Part shown: one piece after another, positions 8,946 to 21,380 of the stretch | How the letters are laid out: the number at the start of each line of letters is the position of its first letter | Numbering within the stretch: the first letter of the stretch is position 1 | Assembly (NCBI GenBank): GCA_964548415.1 | Contig: CAZJQG010000001.1 | Location: 13,680-77,679, forward strand | Reading direction: 5' to 3' | DNA from: an uncultured Dehalococcoidales bacterium | GTDB taxonomy: Bacteria > Chloroflexota > Dehalococcoidia > GIF9 > UBA5629 | Length of the DNA stretch: 64,000 nucleotides | The notes under the pieces: model-generated | The model's input: the letters and a program-made list of their open reading frames with translations, nothing else | Told to the model about the DNA's origin: nothing | Database searches by the model: none | Made by a program: the position numbers and the translations under genes

Positions 8946-9748
8946 CCATTTTATGGATGGTCTTGTTTTTCGTTGCGGGCTCCATGGTTGGGAGCTTCTT
9001 AAATGTGGTCGCCGATCGGCTGCCCCAAGGCAAATCTATTATTTGGCCGATGTCACATTGCACCGGTTGCCGGCGCCCCATTTCAGCAAGAGACAATATC
9101 CCAATAGTCAGCTATATCTGGCTTCGAGGTCGCTGCCGAAACTGTAATGCATCCATACCGCAACGTGTGCTGTGGGTGGAAATCAGTACCGCAATTTTAT
9201 TCGCTTTTGTTTACTGGCACTATAACTTCAGCTGGGAATTGCCGCTGGTACTATTATTTTGCTGTGTATTCATTGTATTGCTGCTTATCGACCTAGAGCA
9301 TGGAATACTGCCGAATAAGATAGTTTATCCATCGATGGTTATAGCGCTGGCGCTGGCCGGTGTGGGCTCCATCTTTGGATTTGAACCGGGATATATAATA
9401 TTCTTCGGCTTTCATTTGTGGATAATTAACGTTCTTGTCGGTGGTATCATCGGTTTCGTGCTGATGCTTGTCCCCGCCCTGCTTTATCGCCTTATAGGCC
9501 GTGCAGAAGGAATGGGTTGGGGAGATGTTAAACTGGCAGCACTTATCGGCTTTGTAACCGGCTTTCCGCTGGTTATATTGGCCACATTTCTGGCTGTTAT
9601 TATTGGTGGAATCACGGCCGCTATTTTGCTACTTCTCAAGGTTAGAGGGCGAAAAGACGCCATACCATTCGGCCCTTTTCTCTCCGTGGCCGCCATGGTG
9701 ACCTTGTTTTGGGGAAGCAGTCTCATCATTCGGCTATTCTTATACTAG
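8942..9748 (+). CDS. pilD: prepilin peptidase (A24 family, PilD-like)
   Basis: N-terminal tetra-Cys motif CTGC...CRNC. Multiple TM helices. GWGDVKLAALIGF catalytic Asp region. Confidence 0.85.
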   Translation: MTILWMVLFFVAGSMVGSFLNVVADRLPQGKSIIWPMSHCTGCRRPISARDNIPIVSYIWLRGRCRNCNASIPQRVLWVEISTAILFAFVYWHYNFSWELPLVLLFCCVFIVLLLIDLEHGILPNKIVYPSMVIALALAGVGSIFGFEPGYIIFFGFHLWIINVLVGGIIGFVLMLVPALLYRLIGRAEGMGWGDVKLAALIGFVTGFPLVILATFLAVIIGGITAAILLLLKVRGRKDAIPFGPFLSVAAMVTLFWGSSLIIRLFLY

Positions 9749-9907
9749 AGCCCCCGGCGGCCGGGTCATACCTCCGTATGAGCCGCTATCATCAATAAGT
9801 CTTAGGCTAAAGTCACCTATTTTTGCTGATAAAACCAGCCACACTCAGGATTACTTTAGATCACCTGTCATTTACAATGGTTATGTATTTTTCAGCAGGC
9901 AGGTTCA

Positions 9908-10771
9908 ATGGTGAAAAAAGAAATTGAGACATCTGAAATAAAAGAGTCCCCGATTGTTTTCGGGAGTCACGGACCGCAACTGAAGGGTAAAATCATCATG
10001 CCCACCGGAGCCAGTGCTGACCAGCCGGTACCGGCGGTGGTGCTGTGTCATGGCTTCGGCGCTGCCTGCCGGGTAATGGAACCCGCCGCCCGAATGATGG
10101 CAACTCAGGGAGTGGGTAGCATAGTCTTCGATTTTCGTGGCCACGGAGTTAGCGAGGGCGCTGTCGATGGTAAGCTGGCCGAAGACGTTATCGATGCCTG
10201 GAATGTATTATGTCAACTACCCGAAGTTGATAGTGCTCGTATGGGTGCGGCTGGACACAGCCTTGGAGCCATGTCGGTTATTATGGCAGCCGACAAGTTA
10301 GCTAACCCTCGGGCGCTGGTGGCATTGTCCTGCCCGCCCGAAGTAGAAAGCCAGTTTCCCATCGGAGGTGAAAGAAACTTCGGCCGTTGGGGACGAGATC
10401 TTAAGGTTATTGTTGAATATCCCAGGCACGGCGCTTTCCCGTGGATGAAAGGTCTTGCAGCCCTCATATGCCGGGTCTGGATGTACGTGGGCTGCTTCAA
10501 GGTCCGGGTGGACTGGCATAGCTTTATGGATGCCTTCCCTCAAATGAATATGTCGACTATTCTGGAAAAATTGAAGGACTGCTCCAAGCTTTTTGTATTT
10601 TGCGAAGGCGATAGGGTAACTCCATATCGCAGCTATACGCCGGTTTTTCAAGCTGCTTGCCAGCCTAAAGAACTTCTTCTGGTTAAAGGCGGTTTTCACA
10701 CTACTCCGCTCTTACCGGGGAACCTGCGTTCCCAGTGGACAAGCTGGATGGTAAAAACCCTGACTGCTTAA
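9908..10771 (+). CDS. alpha/beta hydrolase (dienelactone hydrolase-like)
   Basis: GHSLGA nucleophile elbow. VVLCHGFGA... typical fold pattern. Confidence 0.6.
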   Translation: MVKKEIETSEIKESPIVFGSHGPQLKGKIIMPTGASADQPVPAVVLCHGFGAACRVMEPAARMMATQGVGSIVFDFRGHGVSEGAVDGKLAEDVIDAWNVLCQLPEVDSARMGAAGHSLGAMSVIMAADKLANPRALVALSCPPEVESQFPIGGERNFGRWGRDLKVIVEYPRHGAFPWMKGLAALICRVWMYVGCFKVRVDWHSFMDAFPQMNMSTILEKLKDCSKLFVFCEGDRVTPYRSYTPVFQAACQPKELLLVKGGFHTTPLLPGNLRSQWTSWMVKTLTA

Positions 10772-10794
10772 ATCTATTTTCACGAAGGAGCAAT

Positions 10795-11751
10795 ATGAAA
10801 GTATTGATTACAGGTGGAGCCGGACGTTTAGGCACTAACGTTGATAAAGCATTCATAAAGAATGGATTTCAGGTGCGTATCTTCGATCTCGACACACAAG
10901 CCAACAGGAATAGCGTCAAAAAGCTGGGAGCGAATGCTGACGTTTGCTGGGGCGATATTACGCAGCCTGATTCAGTACGTAAAGCTGTTGATGGTGTTGA
11001 CGCGGTGGTGCATATGGCGGGCATTCTACCGCCTGTAGCCTACGAAAGGCCTGACTTAGCAGCCCGTGTCAATGTTGGTGGCACCAGAATCATTGTAGAC
11101 CAGCTCAAACAATCCGGGAAACGGATTCCATTTATATTTACTTCATCGGTAGCTGCCTTCGGTCCGACGCCTGAGATTACCAGGCCACTTTGTCCTGATA
11201 GTCATAATCCCAATCCCAGGGGAGCCTACGGCGAAACCAAGCTCCAGGCTGAGAATATAATCAAGGAGTCCGGAATCGACTACGCTATATTGCGTCTTAC
11301 TGCCACCATGTACCTGAGCTTCTCGCTTAGCGACCTGAAAAGAATGTTCACCGTACCTCTGAACAACCGGGTGGAATATTGCCATCCCGATGATACAGCC
11401 GTAGCATTGGTCAATGCCGTTAAGAATTTCGATGAGGTGAAAGGTAACACCCTGGTCATCAGCGGCGGTCCCGAGCAGCGAATGCTATACAAAGATATGG
11501 TCGCTGCCATGTTGAGAGTCATGGGGTTGCCACTGCCTCCAGCTCATAAATTTACCAAAGAGCCCTACTATCTTGACTGGTATGATACTTCAAAGTCGCA
11601 AAGATTACTCAATTATCAGCGCCGAAGTTTTACCGATTACATCAGGGATTACTCAAAGCAACTTTCACGGCAGTACGGTCCCGGCTTTATACCTTTTATG
11701 CAGAGCTTTGTAGGTCCGGTTTTTGGTAAGGCTATCGTCCAATTTTTTTAA
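10795..11751 (+). CDS. NAD-dependent epimerase/dehydratase family protein
   Basis: MKVLITGGAGRLG Rossmann motif with an RBS GAAGGAG. The ORF-track start at 10735 overlaps the previous gene and was rejected. Confidence 0.7.
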   Translation: MKVLITGGAGRLGTNVDKAFIKNGFQVRIFDLDTQANRNSVKKLGANADVCWGDITQPDSVRKAVDGVDAVVHMAGILPPVAYERPDLAARVNVGGTRIIVDQLKQSGKRIPFIFTSSVAAFGPTPEITRPLCPDSHNPNPRGAYGETKLQAENIIKESGIDYAILRLTATMYLSFSLSDLKRMFTVPLNNRVEYCHPDDTAVALVNAVKNFDEVKGNTLVISGGPEQRMLYKDMVAAMLRVMGLPLPPAHKFTKEPYYLDWYDTSKSQRLLNYQRRSFTDYIRDYSKQLSRQYGPGFIPFMQSFVGPVFGKAIVQFF

Positions 11752-11825
11752 TATTTTTTCTCCCGACCTATTGCATACCATCATCACCGTGTGATATACT
11801 CACCTTCCAGTAAGACCTTTAAGTC

Positions 11826-13496
<1,671 letters not shown>

Positions 13497-13497
<1 letters not shown>

Positions 13498-14822
13498 TGG
13501 CTACTTCCCTATTGATAAGCGGCGGCCGTGTTATCGATCCCGGGCAGCGCATTGATAAAGTTGCAGACTTGCTCATTACCAAGGGCAAGGTTGCCTGGAT
13601 TGGTGAAAAAGGAGCTGCTCCGTCTCACGCCGATTCAAAGGTGGTTGACGCCAGCGGTCTGGTAGTTTGCCCGGGATTTATCGACCTGCACTGTCATCTC
13701 AGAGAACCTGGTTTTGAAGATAAAGAGACGATCAACACTGGAAGCCAGGCTGCCGCCAGAGGGGGCTTCACCACAATCTGCTGCATGCCTAATACTAATC
13801 CACCACTGGATAGTCAATCTTCGATAGATTATGTAAAGAAAGCGGCTCAGGCTGTCGGCATAGTTCAGGTTTTGCCTGTCGGCTGCATAACGAAAGGCAG
13901 ACAGGGTAAGGAACTAACCGAAATGTATGACCTGGCGGAGGCCGGAGTTGTTGCCTTCAGTGACGATGGAAGCCCTGTTTCCAGTTCGCGGATGATGTCG
14001 CTGGCCATGGATTATAGCCTTGGCGTCGGACTGCCAATTATCGACCACTGCGAGGATACGCAACTGACAGAGGACGCCTGTATGAATGAAGGCTGGGTAT
14101 CCGCCCGGCTGGGCCTTAAAGGTATGCCTGCCGCTGCGGAAGAGTTAATGGTTGCCCGTGATATAACGCTGGCGCAGCTTTCCGGTGCCAGACTTCACAT
14201 AGCTCACGTCAGCACGGCGGGCTCGGTAGAACTCATTCGAAGGGCTAAAGAGGCCGGCTTAAAAATTACCGCCGAAGTTACACCGCACCATTTAACCCTC
14301 ACTGAAGAACGAGTAATGAGCAAGTCGGATGATAACGAGCGGATATCCTATGATACGAACGCTAAGGTAAATCCACCGCTGCGAACCAGAAGAGACATCG
14401 AGGCTCTGGTTCAGGGACTGAAAGAGGGGGTTATCGATGTTATTGCTACTGACCATGCCCCTCACACACTCGCGGATAAGGCCTGTGAGTTCGGGCTGGC
14501 TGCCTTCGGTATCAGCGGCTTTGAAACGGCCTTCGGCAGCCTGATGAGTCTGGTGCACGAAGATAAGCTAAAGTTGGAGGGGCTAATATCCAAGCTCACC
14601 ATAGAGCCTGCCCGAATAATCGGCACCAGATACGGTGAACTCGGCACGCTCAAGCCTGGTACCCGGGCCGACGTCACCATCTTCGCTTCCAATAAGGAAT
14701 GGACAGCCGATAGTCGTGATTTCGTGTCTAAAGGTAAGAACACCCCCTTCGATGGTTCAGTGTTTAAGGGGAAAATACAGATGACCATAGCCGCCGGACA
14801 GGTAGTTTATAAGTCCCAATAA
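13497..14822 (+). CDS. pyrC: dihydroorotase (multifunctional type)
   Basis: HxH metal motif (DLHCHLREPG). DHAPH. Amidohydrolase fold. Confidence 0.85.
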
Positions 14823-14839
14823 AAATAAGGAGGTCCTTT

Positions 14840-17800
14840 GTGCCCAGGCGTAACGATATAAATAAAGTCATGATTATTGGTTCGGGGCCTATCGTCATAG
14901 GCCAGGCGTGCGAGTTCGATTATTCAGGAACTCAAGCCTGCAAAGCGCTCCGAAGTCTGGGCTACGAAATTGTATTAGCAAACTCAAATCCGGCAACTAT
15001 CATGACCGACCCGGGAATGGCTGATGTGACCTATATCGAACCGCTGAATCTCGAAATGATGACGCAGATTATAGAAAAGGAGCGGCCTGATGCCCTGCTG
15101 CCCAACCTGGGGGGACAAACCGGCCTCAATCTAAGTGCGGAGCTGGCACGCGCCGGAGTCTTGAAGAAATACGGGGTCCAGGTGATAGGTGTAGATGTAG
15201 ACGCTATTAAAAGCGGAGAGGACCGTATTACTTTCAAGGAAACAATGAACCGCCTGGGAATCGAAATGCCAGAAAGCCAGGCGGTCTATAGTGTCGAAGA
15301 CGCCGAAGTTGTTGCCGCTGAACTGGGTTACCCGGTCGTTATTCGTCCGGCCTATACGCTGGGAGGGACTGGAGGCGGACTCGTTTACAACGTAGAGGAG
15401 TTAAGGACGGTAGCCAGCCGCGGCATCTCAGCCAGCCTTATCGGTCAGGTGTTGGTGGAGGAATCGGTTCTGGGTTGGGAAGAGCTGGAGCTGGAGGTGG
15501 TTAGAGATTCCAAGAACCAGATGATTACCGTGTGCTTTATTGAAAACGTCGATGCCATGGGAGTTCACACAGGCGACTCTTTCTGTACAGCTCCCATGCT
15601 TACCATCGACACCGACCTCCAAAAGCGCCTTCAAGATTATTCATACCGAATTGTAGAGGCGATACGCGTTATAGGCGGCACCAATATACAGTTTGCCCAC
15701 GACCCTAAAACCGGCCGCGTGGTGGTTATAGAGATAAATCCCAGGACGTCACGCTCGTCGGCGCTGGCCTCCAAGGCGACAGGCTTCCCGATAGCCTTTG
15801 TCTCCGCCAAGCTGGCTGCTGGATTGACGCTGGATGAAATACCCTACTGGCGTGATGGCACTCTTGAAAAATATACACCTTCAGGTGACTACGTGGTAGT
15901 TAAATTCGCTCGCTGGGCATTTGAGAAGTTCAAAGATGCCGAAGACAAGCTGGGAACTCAGATGCGAGCTGTCGGTGAAGTTATGAGCATCGGCAAGAAC
16001 TACAAAGAAGCACTTCAGAAGGCAGTCAGGTCGCTGGAGATCGGCAGGCACGGGTTCGGCTTCGCCAAGGATTTTCATAAGAAGTCACTGGATGAACTTC
16101 TGGCCCTGCTTAAAGAGCCTACCAGCGAAAGACAATTCATTATGTATGAAGCCCTCAGAAAAGGCGCCGATATCCAGTCTTTGTACGAAAGGACATATAT
16201 CAAGCCCTGGTTTATCCAGCAGATGAAGGAACTCGTTGAACTCGAGGAAGAAATACTTAAGTACAAGGGCAAGGTGTTACCGGATTCGCTTCTTGTCCAG
16301 GCCAAGAAAGACGGGTTCGCCGACTGCTATCTGGCACAGATCCTTAACATGACCGAAAAGGAAATTCGCCGGAAACGCACCGCACTTGGGGTCGTAGAAG
16401 GTTGGGAGCCGGTGCCTGTAAGCGGCGTGGAAAACGCAGCCTATTACTTCTCTACCTACAATGGCCCCGATAAGACATCGAGCAGTCAAAGAAAGAAAGT
16501 AATGGTACTGGGCGGCGGACCGAACCGCATCGGCCAGGGCATAGAATTCGATTACTGCTGTGTCCACGCTGCTTTTACACTGCGAGATGAAGGTTATGAA
16601 ACCATAATGGTCAATTGCAATCCGGAAACCGTGTCCACAGACTATGACACATCCGATAAGCTTTACTTCGAGCCTCTGACGGTTGAAGACGTACTGAGTA
16701 TCTACGAAAAGGAAAAACCGGAAGGAGTTATCGTGCAGTTTGGGGGACAGACGCCGCTAAATATCTCTAAAGAATTATCTGAAGCCGGCGTAAAAATTCT
16801 GGGGACCACACCTGAGACAATAGACCTTGCAGAAGACAGAGACCGTTTCCGACATATGATGGAAAAACTTCGAATACCCATGCCCGAGTCCGGAATGGCC
16901 AGCAATTTGAAAGATGCGCTTAAAGTAGCCAGGAAAATCGGTTATCCGTTGATGGTCAGGCCGTCGTACGTACTTGGCGGTCGCGGGATGGAAGTTGTTC
17001 ACGATGAAGATATGCTTAAGGAATACGTCGCGGCAGCGGTTGACGTTACCCCAGACAGACCGATACTTATAGATAAGTTTCTTGAAAACGCCATCGAGAC
17101 CGAAGCCGATGCCATAGCTGACGGGACGGATGCATTTGTGCCGGCTGTTATGGAGCACATAGAACTTGCCGGCGTTCATTCCGGCGATTCAGCCTGTGTT
17201 ATACCCCCGGTAACCATACCGCAAAAACACATCGACACCATCAATCAGTACACCAGGACAATTGCCACCGAACTTAACGTGGTAGGCCTGATGAATATTC
17301 AATATGCCATAGCCAAAGATGTCCTTTACGTCCTGGAGGCGAATCCCAGGGCATCGAGGACCGTGCCGCTCGTCTCAAAAGTATGTAATGTGTCCATGGC
17401 GCGGCTGGCAACCCAGGTAATGCTGGGTAAAAAACTGTCGGAGCTTAATCTCAAGCAACGCCGTATACCGCACTTCGGCATAAAGGAAGCAGTTTTCCCC
17501 TTTCCCATGTTCCCTGAGGTTGACCCGATATTGGGCCCGGAAATGCGCTCGACGGGAGAAGTTCTGGGCATCGCCGACTCATTCGGGCTGGCCTTCTTCA
17601 AGGCGCAGATGGCAGCACAGCAGGTGCTTCCTATAGAAGGAACTGTATTGATAAGCCTGTTCAGCAAGGAAATGCCCCCATCTCTGGAGGTGGCCAAGCG
17701 TTTATCCGAGTTGGGGTTTAACATAAAGGCAACACGCGGTACTCATAGATTTCTGGCCAAACACGGCATCAGCTCGGCACTAATTCTCAAGATGCATGAA

Positions 17801-18040
17801 GGCCGTCCCAATATAGCCGACGGTATTAAGAACAGAGAGATTCAGCTTGTTATCAATACTCCGAGCGGCAAATTAAGCAAGTACGACGACTCCTATATCA
17901 GGAAGACGGCAATTAAGCATAAGGTGACCTATATCACGACGTTGGCGGCCGCACTGGCAGCAGCCAAAGGAATAGCTGCTTATCGAAGTGGCAGGCTGGA
18001 AGTAAAGTCCTTACAAAACTATCATGCGGATATTCAATAG
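14840..18040 (+). CDS. carB: carbamoyl-phosphate synthase large subunit
   Basis: 1066 aa with duplicated ATP-grasp halves and an MGS-like C-terminus. GTG start after the RBS AAGGAGG. Confidence 0.95.
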   Translation: MPRRNDINKVMIIGSGPIVIGQACEFDYSGTQACKALRSLGYEIVLANSNPATIMTDPGMADVTYIEPLNLEMMTQIIEKERPDALLPNLGGQTGLNLSAELARAGVLKKYGVQVIGVDVDAIKSGEDRITFKETMNRLGIEMPESQAVYSVEDAEVVAAELGYPVVIRPAYTLGGTGGGLVYNVEELRTVASRGISASLIGQVLVEESVLGWEELELEVVRDSKNQMITVCFIENVDAMGVHTGDSFCTAPMLTIDTDLQKRLQDYSYRIVEAIRVIGGTNIQFAHDPKTGRVVVIEINPRTSRSSALASKATGFPIAFVSAKLAAGLTLDEIPYWRDGTLEKYTPSGDYVVVKFARWAFEKFKDAEDKLGTQMRAVGEVMSIGKNYKEALQKAVRSLEIGRHGFGFAKDFHKKSLDELLALLKEPTSERQFIMYEALRKGADIQSLYERTYIKPWFIQQMKELVELEEEILKYKGKVLPDSLLVQAKKDGFADCYLAQILNMTEKEIRRKRTALGVVEGWEPVPVSGVENAAYYFSTYNGPDKTSSSQRKKVMVLGGGPNRIGQGIEFDYCCVHAAFTLRDEGYETIMVNCNPETVSTDYDTSDKLYFEPLTVEDVLSIYEKEKPEGVIVQFGGQTPLNISKELSEAGVKILGTTPETIDLAEDRDRFRHMMEKLRIPMPESGMASNLKDALKVARKIGYPLMVRPSYVLGGRGMEVVHDEDMLKEYVAAAVDVTPDRPILIDKFLENAIETEADAIADGTDAFVPAVMEHIELAGVHSGDSACVIPPVTIPQKHIDTINQYTRTIATELNVVGLMNIQYAIAKDVLYVLEANPRASRTVPLVSKVCNVSMARLATQVMLGKKLSELNLKQRRIPHFGIKEAVFPFPMFPEVDPILGPEMRSTGEVLGIADSFGLAFFKAQMAAQQVLPIEGTVLISLFSKEMPPSLEVAKRLSELGFNIKATRGTHRFLAKHGISSALILKMHEGRPNIADGIKNREIQLVINTPSGKLSKYDDSYIRKTAIKHKVTYITTLAAALAAAKGIAAYRSGRLEVKSLQNYHADIQ

Positions 18041-18066
18041 GTGGTGACGGTGAAGGAGCCATCCGT

Positions 18067-18840
18067 TTGAAACAAGTCCCGGCTAGACTGTTATCCAATG
18101 AAGAGCTCATGCCTGGATACCACTTGATGCGTCTTGAAGCTCCGTATATTGCTTCAGAAGCTAACCCGGGCCAATTCGTTGCCGTAACCTGTGGCTCCGA
18201 ACTGGTGCTTCGCCGCCCCTTCAGCATTCACATGGTGGAGAACGACAAAGAATTCTCTATTATTTTTGCTGTCGTAGGGTCCGGTACAAGATGGCTGGCA
18301 CAGCGCCGGAAAGGTGAGACTCTGGATGTGCTGGGCCCACTGGGTAACGGTTTTTCCATTGATAACTCATCGAAGAAATTATTGCTGGCGGCCGGAGGTA
18401 TAGGCATTGCCCCTCTGGTTTTTTTAGCGCAAAAAGCCACAGCCAGCGATAAGCTTGTAAAGTTACTCCTGGGCGCTCGCACAAAGGATTGCCTCTACCC
18501 TCGCCACCTCCTGCCCGACAAAGTCGAGATTCTGGTTACCAGCGAAGACGGCAGTGAGGGTATAAAAGGAAAATTGACGGACATTTTTCCTGGATACGTA
18601 GATTGGGCGGACCAAATTTACGTTTGCGGTCCACTGGCCATGTATCAATCGATAAACGATTATCAAGCAGTAAGGCAGACCCACAAAAAGATTCAGGTCT
18701 CTTTGGAAGTAAGGCTTGGGTGCGGCATCGGTGCCTGCCTTGGCTGCAGTATCAAAACGAAAACCGGTATGAAAAAGGTCTGCCTTGATGGTCCGGTTTT
18801 TAACCTGGATGAAGTCATGCTGGAAGAGGTGAGAATATGA
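18067..18840 (+). CDS. pyrK: dihydroorotate dehydrogenase electron-transfer subunit (FAD/NAD-binding, 2Fe-2S)
   Basis: RPFS FAD motif. C-terminal CGxGxCxxC...C cluster. TTG start after GAAGGAG. Confidence 0.8.
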   Translation: MKQVPARLLSNEELMPGYHLMRLEAPYIASEANPGQFVAVTCGSELVLRRPFSIHMVENDKEFSIIFAVVGSGTRWLAQRRKGETLDVLGPLGNGFSIDNSSKKLLLAAGGIGIAPLVFLAQKATASDKLVKLLLGARTKDCLYPRHLLPDKVEILVTSEDGSEGIKGKLTDIFPGYVDWADQIYVCGPLAMYQSINDYQAVRQTHKKIQVSLEVRLGCGIGACLGCSIKTKTGMKKVCLDGPVFNLDEVMLEEVRI

Positions 18841-19256
18841 CGATAGTGACTAAAACGATTCACATTAATACCAGGGGAAATTGCGACATGCTGGATATTA
18901 CAGGTCAGGTAGAGAAAGAAATCCATGCCGCCAATATTGAGAGCGGGTTAGCCACTATTTTCATTACCGGGTCGACCGCAGGCGTAACCACTATTGAGTA
19001 CGAAGGAGGCGTCCTTAACGACTATAAAGCTATGTGGGAGAGGAACGCACCCTCAAATATAGATTATCAGCACGACCTCAGGTGGGGAGACGGCAATGGA
19101 TTTTCCCACGTTAGAGCGTCCCTGCAGGGGCCATCCTTGGTTGTGCCTTTTGTTAAAAAGAAAATGATGCTCGGGACATGGCAGCAAATCGTGGTTGTCG
19201 ACTTCGATAACCGTCCCAGGTCCAGAGAAATCGCACTTCAGATTCTGGGGGAATAG
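18837..19256 (+). CDS. YjbQ/UPF0047-family protein (secondary thiamine-phosphate synthase-like)
   Basis: Characteristic length and motifs (ITGSTAGVTTIEYE, DGNGFSHVRASLQGPS). Confidence 0.75.
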   Translation: MTIVTKTIHINTRGNCDMLDITGQVEKEIHAANIESGLATIFITGSTAGVTTIEYEGGVLNDYKAMWERNAPSNIDYQHDLRWGDGNGFSHVRASLQGPSLVVPFVKKKMMLGTWQQIVVVDFDNRPRSREIALQILGE

Positions 19257-19305
19257 GCTAAAGAGGTTGCCTTATCCAATGTCAGAATGGCATACTAATT
19301 AAACT

Positions 19306-19884
19306 GTGCCTCAAATAGATATCCTTTCTATTCTTCTTATTGCCCTGGCTCTATCCGCTGATTGTTTTGCAGTAGCCCTGGGCAGTGGTTTTAATATAAA
19401 GACCACCTCGCTGTCTCCTATTGTACGTATGGCTGTTGCCTTCGGTTTGGCACAGGCTTTAATGACAGGCTTAGGATGGCTGGTAGGACGGACTGTGGTC
19501 GATCTGGTATCGGCCTACGATCATTGGGTTGCCTTCATTCTACTGGCAATTATCGGTGGAAGAATGATTTGGGAGTCGTTCCATCCTGAAGATAAGAGAA
19601 AAAAGGTGGACATCAGTAAAGGGGTGGTACTGGTCGGCCTGGCAGTGGCTACCAGCATTGACGCTCTGGCAGTAGGACTATCTTTTGCGTTTCTCAAAGT
19701 AAATATCGTCTTGGCTTGCCTGGTAATCGGAGTCGTTGCCTTCGGCGTAACTATCGGCGGCTTCTTCTTAGGCAAAAGAGTCCAATCATTTTTAGGCAAG
19801 TACGCGGAAGCTATCGGTGGCGTTATTCTCATAGCCATCGGCATTAGAATCCTTCTGAGTCATCTACTCCAGCAGCAATTATGA
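19306..19884 (+). CDS. mntP: manganese efflux pump MntP
   Basis: Start ILSILLIALALSADCFAVALGSG and an internal repeat with SIDALAVGLSF (two DUF204 halves). Confidence 0.85.
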   Translation: MPQIDILSILLIALALSADCFAVALGSGFNIKTTSLSPIVRMAVAFGLAQALMTGLGWLVGRTVVDLVSAYDHWVAFILLAIIGGRMIWESFHPEDKRKKVDISKGVVLVGLAVATSIDALAVGLSFAFLKVNIVLACLVIGVVAFGVTIGGFFLGKRVQSFLGKYAEAIGGVILIAIGIRILLSHLLQQQL

Positions 19885-19962
19885 TTTATTGCTAAGCGGT
19901 GCATTCACAGGTAAAATGTCAGCGGTTAGTCTCTATGCCCGGTCAGCACATTTACTAATATA

Positions 19963-21222
19963 ATGCGTATCTGTTTTCTTAGTTACAGGAGCTATCGCTA
20001 TTCCGGCGGTCAGGGAATTTATTTAAGGTACCTGAGCAGGTCGCTGCGCGACCTGGGCCACCAGGTTGATATAGTTTCCGGCCCGCCTTATCCGGAGCTT
20101 GACGAAGGTGTGCGGCTCATCAAATTACCGAGTCTAGACTTATACTCCATGTCTTCCGTCCGGCGCCTCTTTATCAATCCCAGAAAATTAAATACTCGTG
20201 CCAATCTGGTCGAATGGACGGGTATCATGACCGGCTATTTCTCGGAACCCCTGGCTTTCGGTATGAGAGCTTACGACATGATGCTTAATGGGGCTCTGAA
20301 TAAATACGATATCATTCATGATAACCAGACTATGTCTTACGGCATCCTGAAGATTCAAGACCTCGGGCTGCCTGTTGTCGAGACTATTCACCACCCGGTT
20401 ACAATAGATCGCGATTCAGCAATTCAGTCGGCGAAATCAGTAAAAGACAAACTTGGTCTTAGAAGATGGTTCTCCTTTATCAACATGCAGATGAAGGTGG
20501 CTCGCCGGCTTCGTCACATAATTACTGTTTCACAGACGGCATGCCGCCACATAGTAGATACCTTTGGCCTGCCCCAGGAAAGAATGCATGTGGTTTACAA
20601 TGGAATTGATACGAAGGTTTTCAGCCCGTCTCGAACCGTTTCCCGGCGCGATAACCGGTTGTTGGTGGTTATAAGCAGAGACACGCCGGTGAAAGGTCTC
20701 CGCTATATGCTTGAAGCTCTTGCCGTTTTGCGCCAGGAACATAACCTGACATTGGTGGTAGTGGCTAAAGGAACAGATAATACACTGACCCAGAGACTGA
20801 TTGACACTTTAGGTATTAGAGATAACGTCCAGATTATTGACGAAATAGATACTCCGGAACTTGTACACCAGTACCGCATGGCTACAATAGTGGTAGTCCC
20901 CTCTGTTTACGAAGGATTTGGTTTACCGGCCGCCGAAGGTATGGCCTGCGAAGCTCCGGTTATTTCCACTACCGCAGGTGCTCTGCCCGAAGTGGTGGGT
21001 GATGCCGGTATTCTAGTGGCTCCGGCCAACGTCAAAGCGCTGGTGGATGCCATATCCGCTCTAATAGAATCTCCGCAAAAACGCTACACTCTAGGTCGAA
21101 ATGGAAGAGACAGGATTTTGCGCGAATTCAATTGGGACAACACTGCTCAAGGCACGCTAGCTGTCTACGCGGAAGCAATCGAGTACCGGAAACGCTCAAA
21201 TATGTCTAGTCCAGTCAAATAA
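19963..21222 (+). CDS. GT4-family glycosyltransferase (paralog 1)
   Basis: EGFGLPAAEGMACEAPVISTTAGALPEVV GT-B C-terminal motif. N-terminus MRICFLSYRSYRYSGGQG. Confidence 0.8.
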   Translation: MRICFLSYRSYRYSGGQGIYLRYLSRSLRDLGHQVDIVSGPPYPELDEGVRLIKLPSLDLYSMSSVRRLFINPRKLNTRANLVEWTGIMTGYFSEPLAFGMRAYDMMLNGALNKYDIIHDNQTMSYGILKIQDLGLPVVETIHHPVTIDRDSAIQSAKSVKDKLGLRRWFSFINMQMKVARRLRHIITVSQTACRHIVDTFGLPQERMHVVYNGIDTKVFSPSRTVSRRDNRLLVVISRDTPVKGLRYMLEALAVLRQEHNLTLVVVAKGTDNTLTQRLIDTLGIRDNVQIIDEIDTPELVHQYRMATIVVVPSVYEGFGLPAAEGMACEAPVISTTAGALPEVVGDAGILVAPANVKALVDAISALIESPQKRYTLGRNGRDRILREFNWDNTAQGTLAVYAEAIEYRKRSNMSSPVK

Positions 21223-21380
21223 GAACCTGGTAAATCCTCCTATACCTGTTTTCGCTGATAATAAATTACGACCAATGACCTGACCTAAATCCTATTGATA
21301 TATCGTGACAACATATGTAAAATGTCTTGGTATTGTGGGTTTTATTAAATTGAGAATCTGACGTTCAGGTGAATTGTGGA

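Noticed and set aside
10735-10794. Upstream extensions of ORF-track starts (10735, 21369, 22582, 35272, 48970, 51473, 24378).
   Set aside because: Each overlaps the preceding gene or a repeat region. A downstream in-frame start with a proper RBS, or agreement with a paralog N-terminus, is more plausible.
14823-14840. Checked for a missing or frameshifted carA between pyrC and carB.
   Set aside because: Only 17 nt separate the genes and no decayed ORF is visible. carA is simply not at this locus.
15031-18227. Multiple antisense or out-of-frame ORFs (60-135 aa) inside carB and other long genes.
   Set aside because: They are entirely embedded in a strongly supported 1066-aa CDS and have no motifs. 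Typical GC-rich shadow ORFs.
19257-19305. Looked for a Mn2+ (yybP-ykoY) riboswitch upstream of mntP.
   Set aside because: Only 49 nt separate yjbQ and mntP, too short for the ~100-nt aptamer. mntP is probably read through from the upstream operon.
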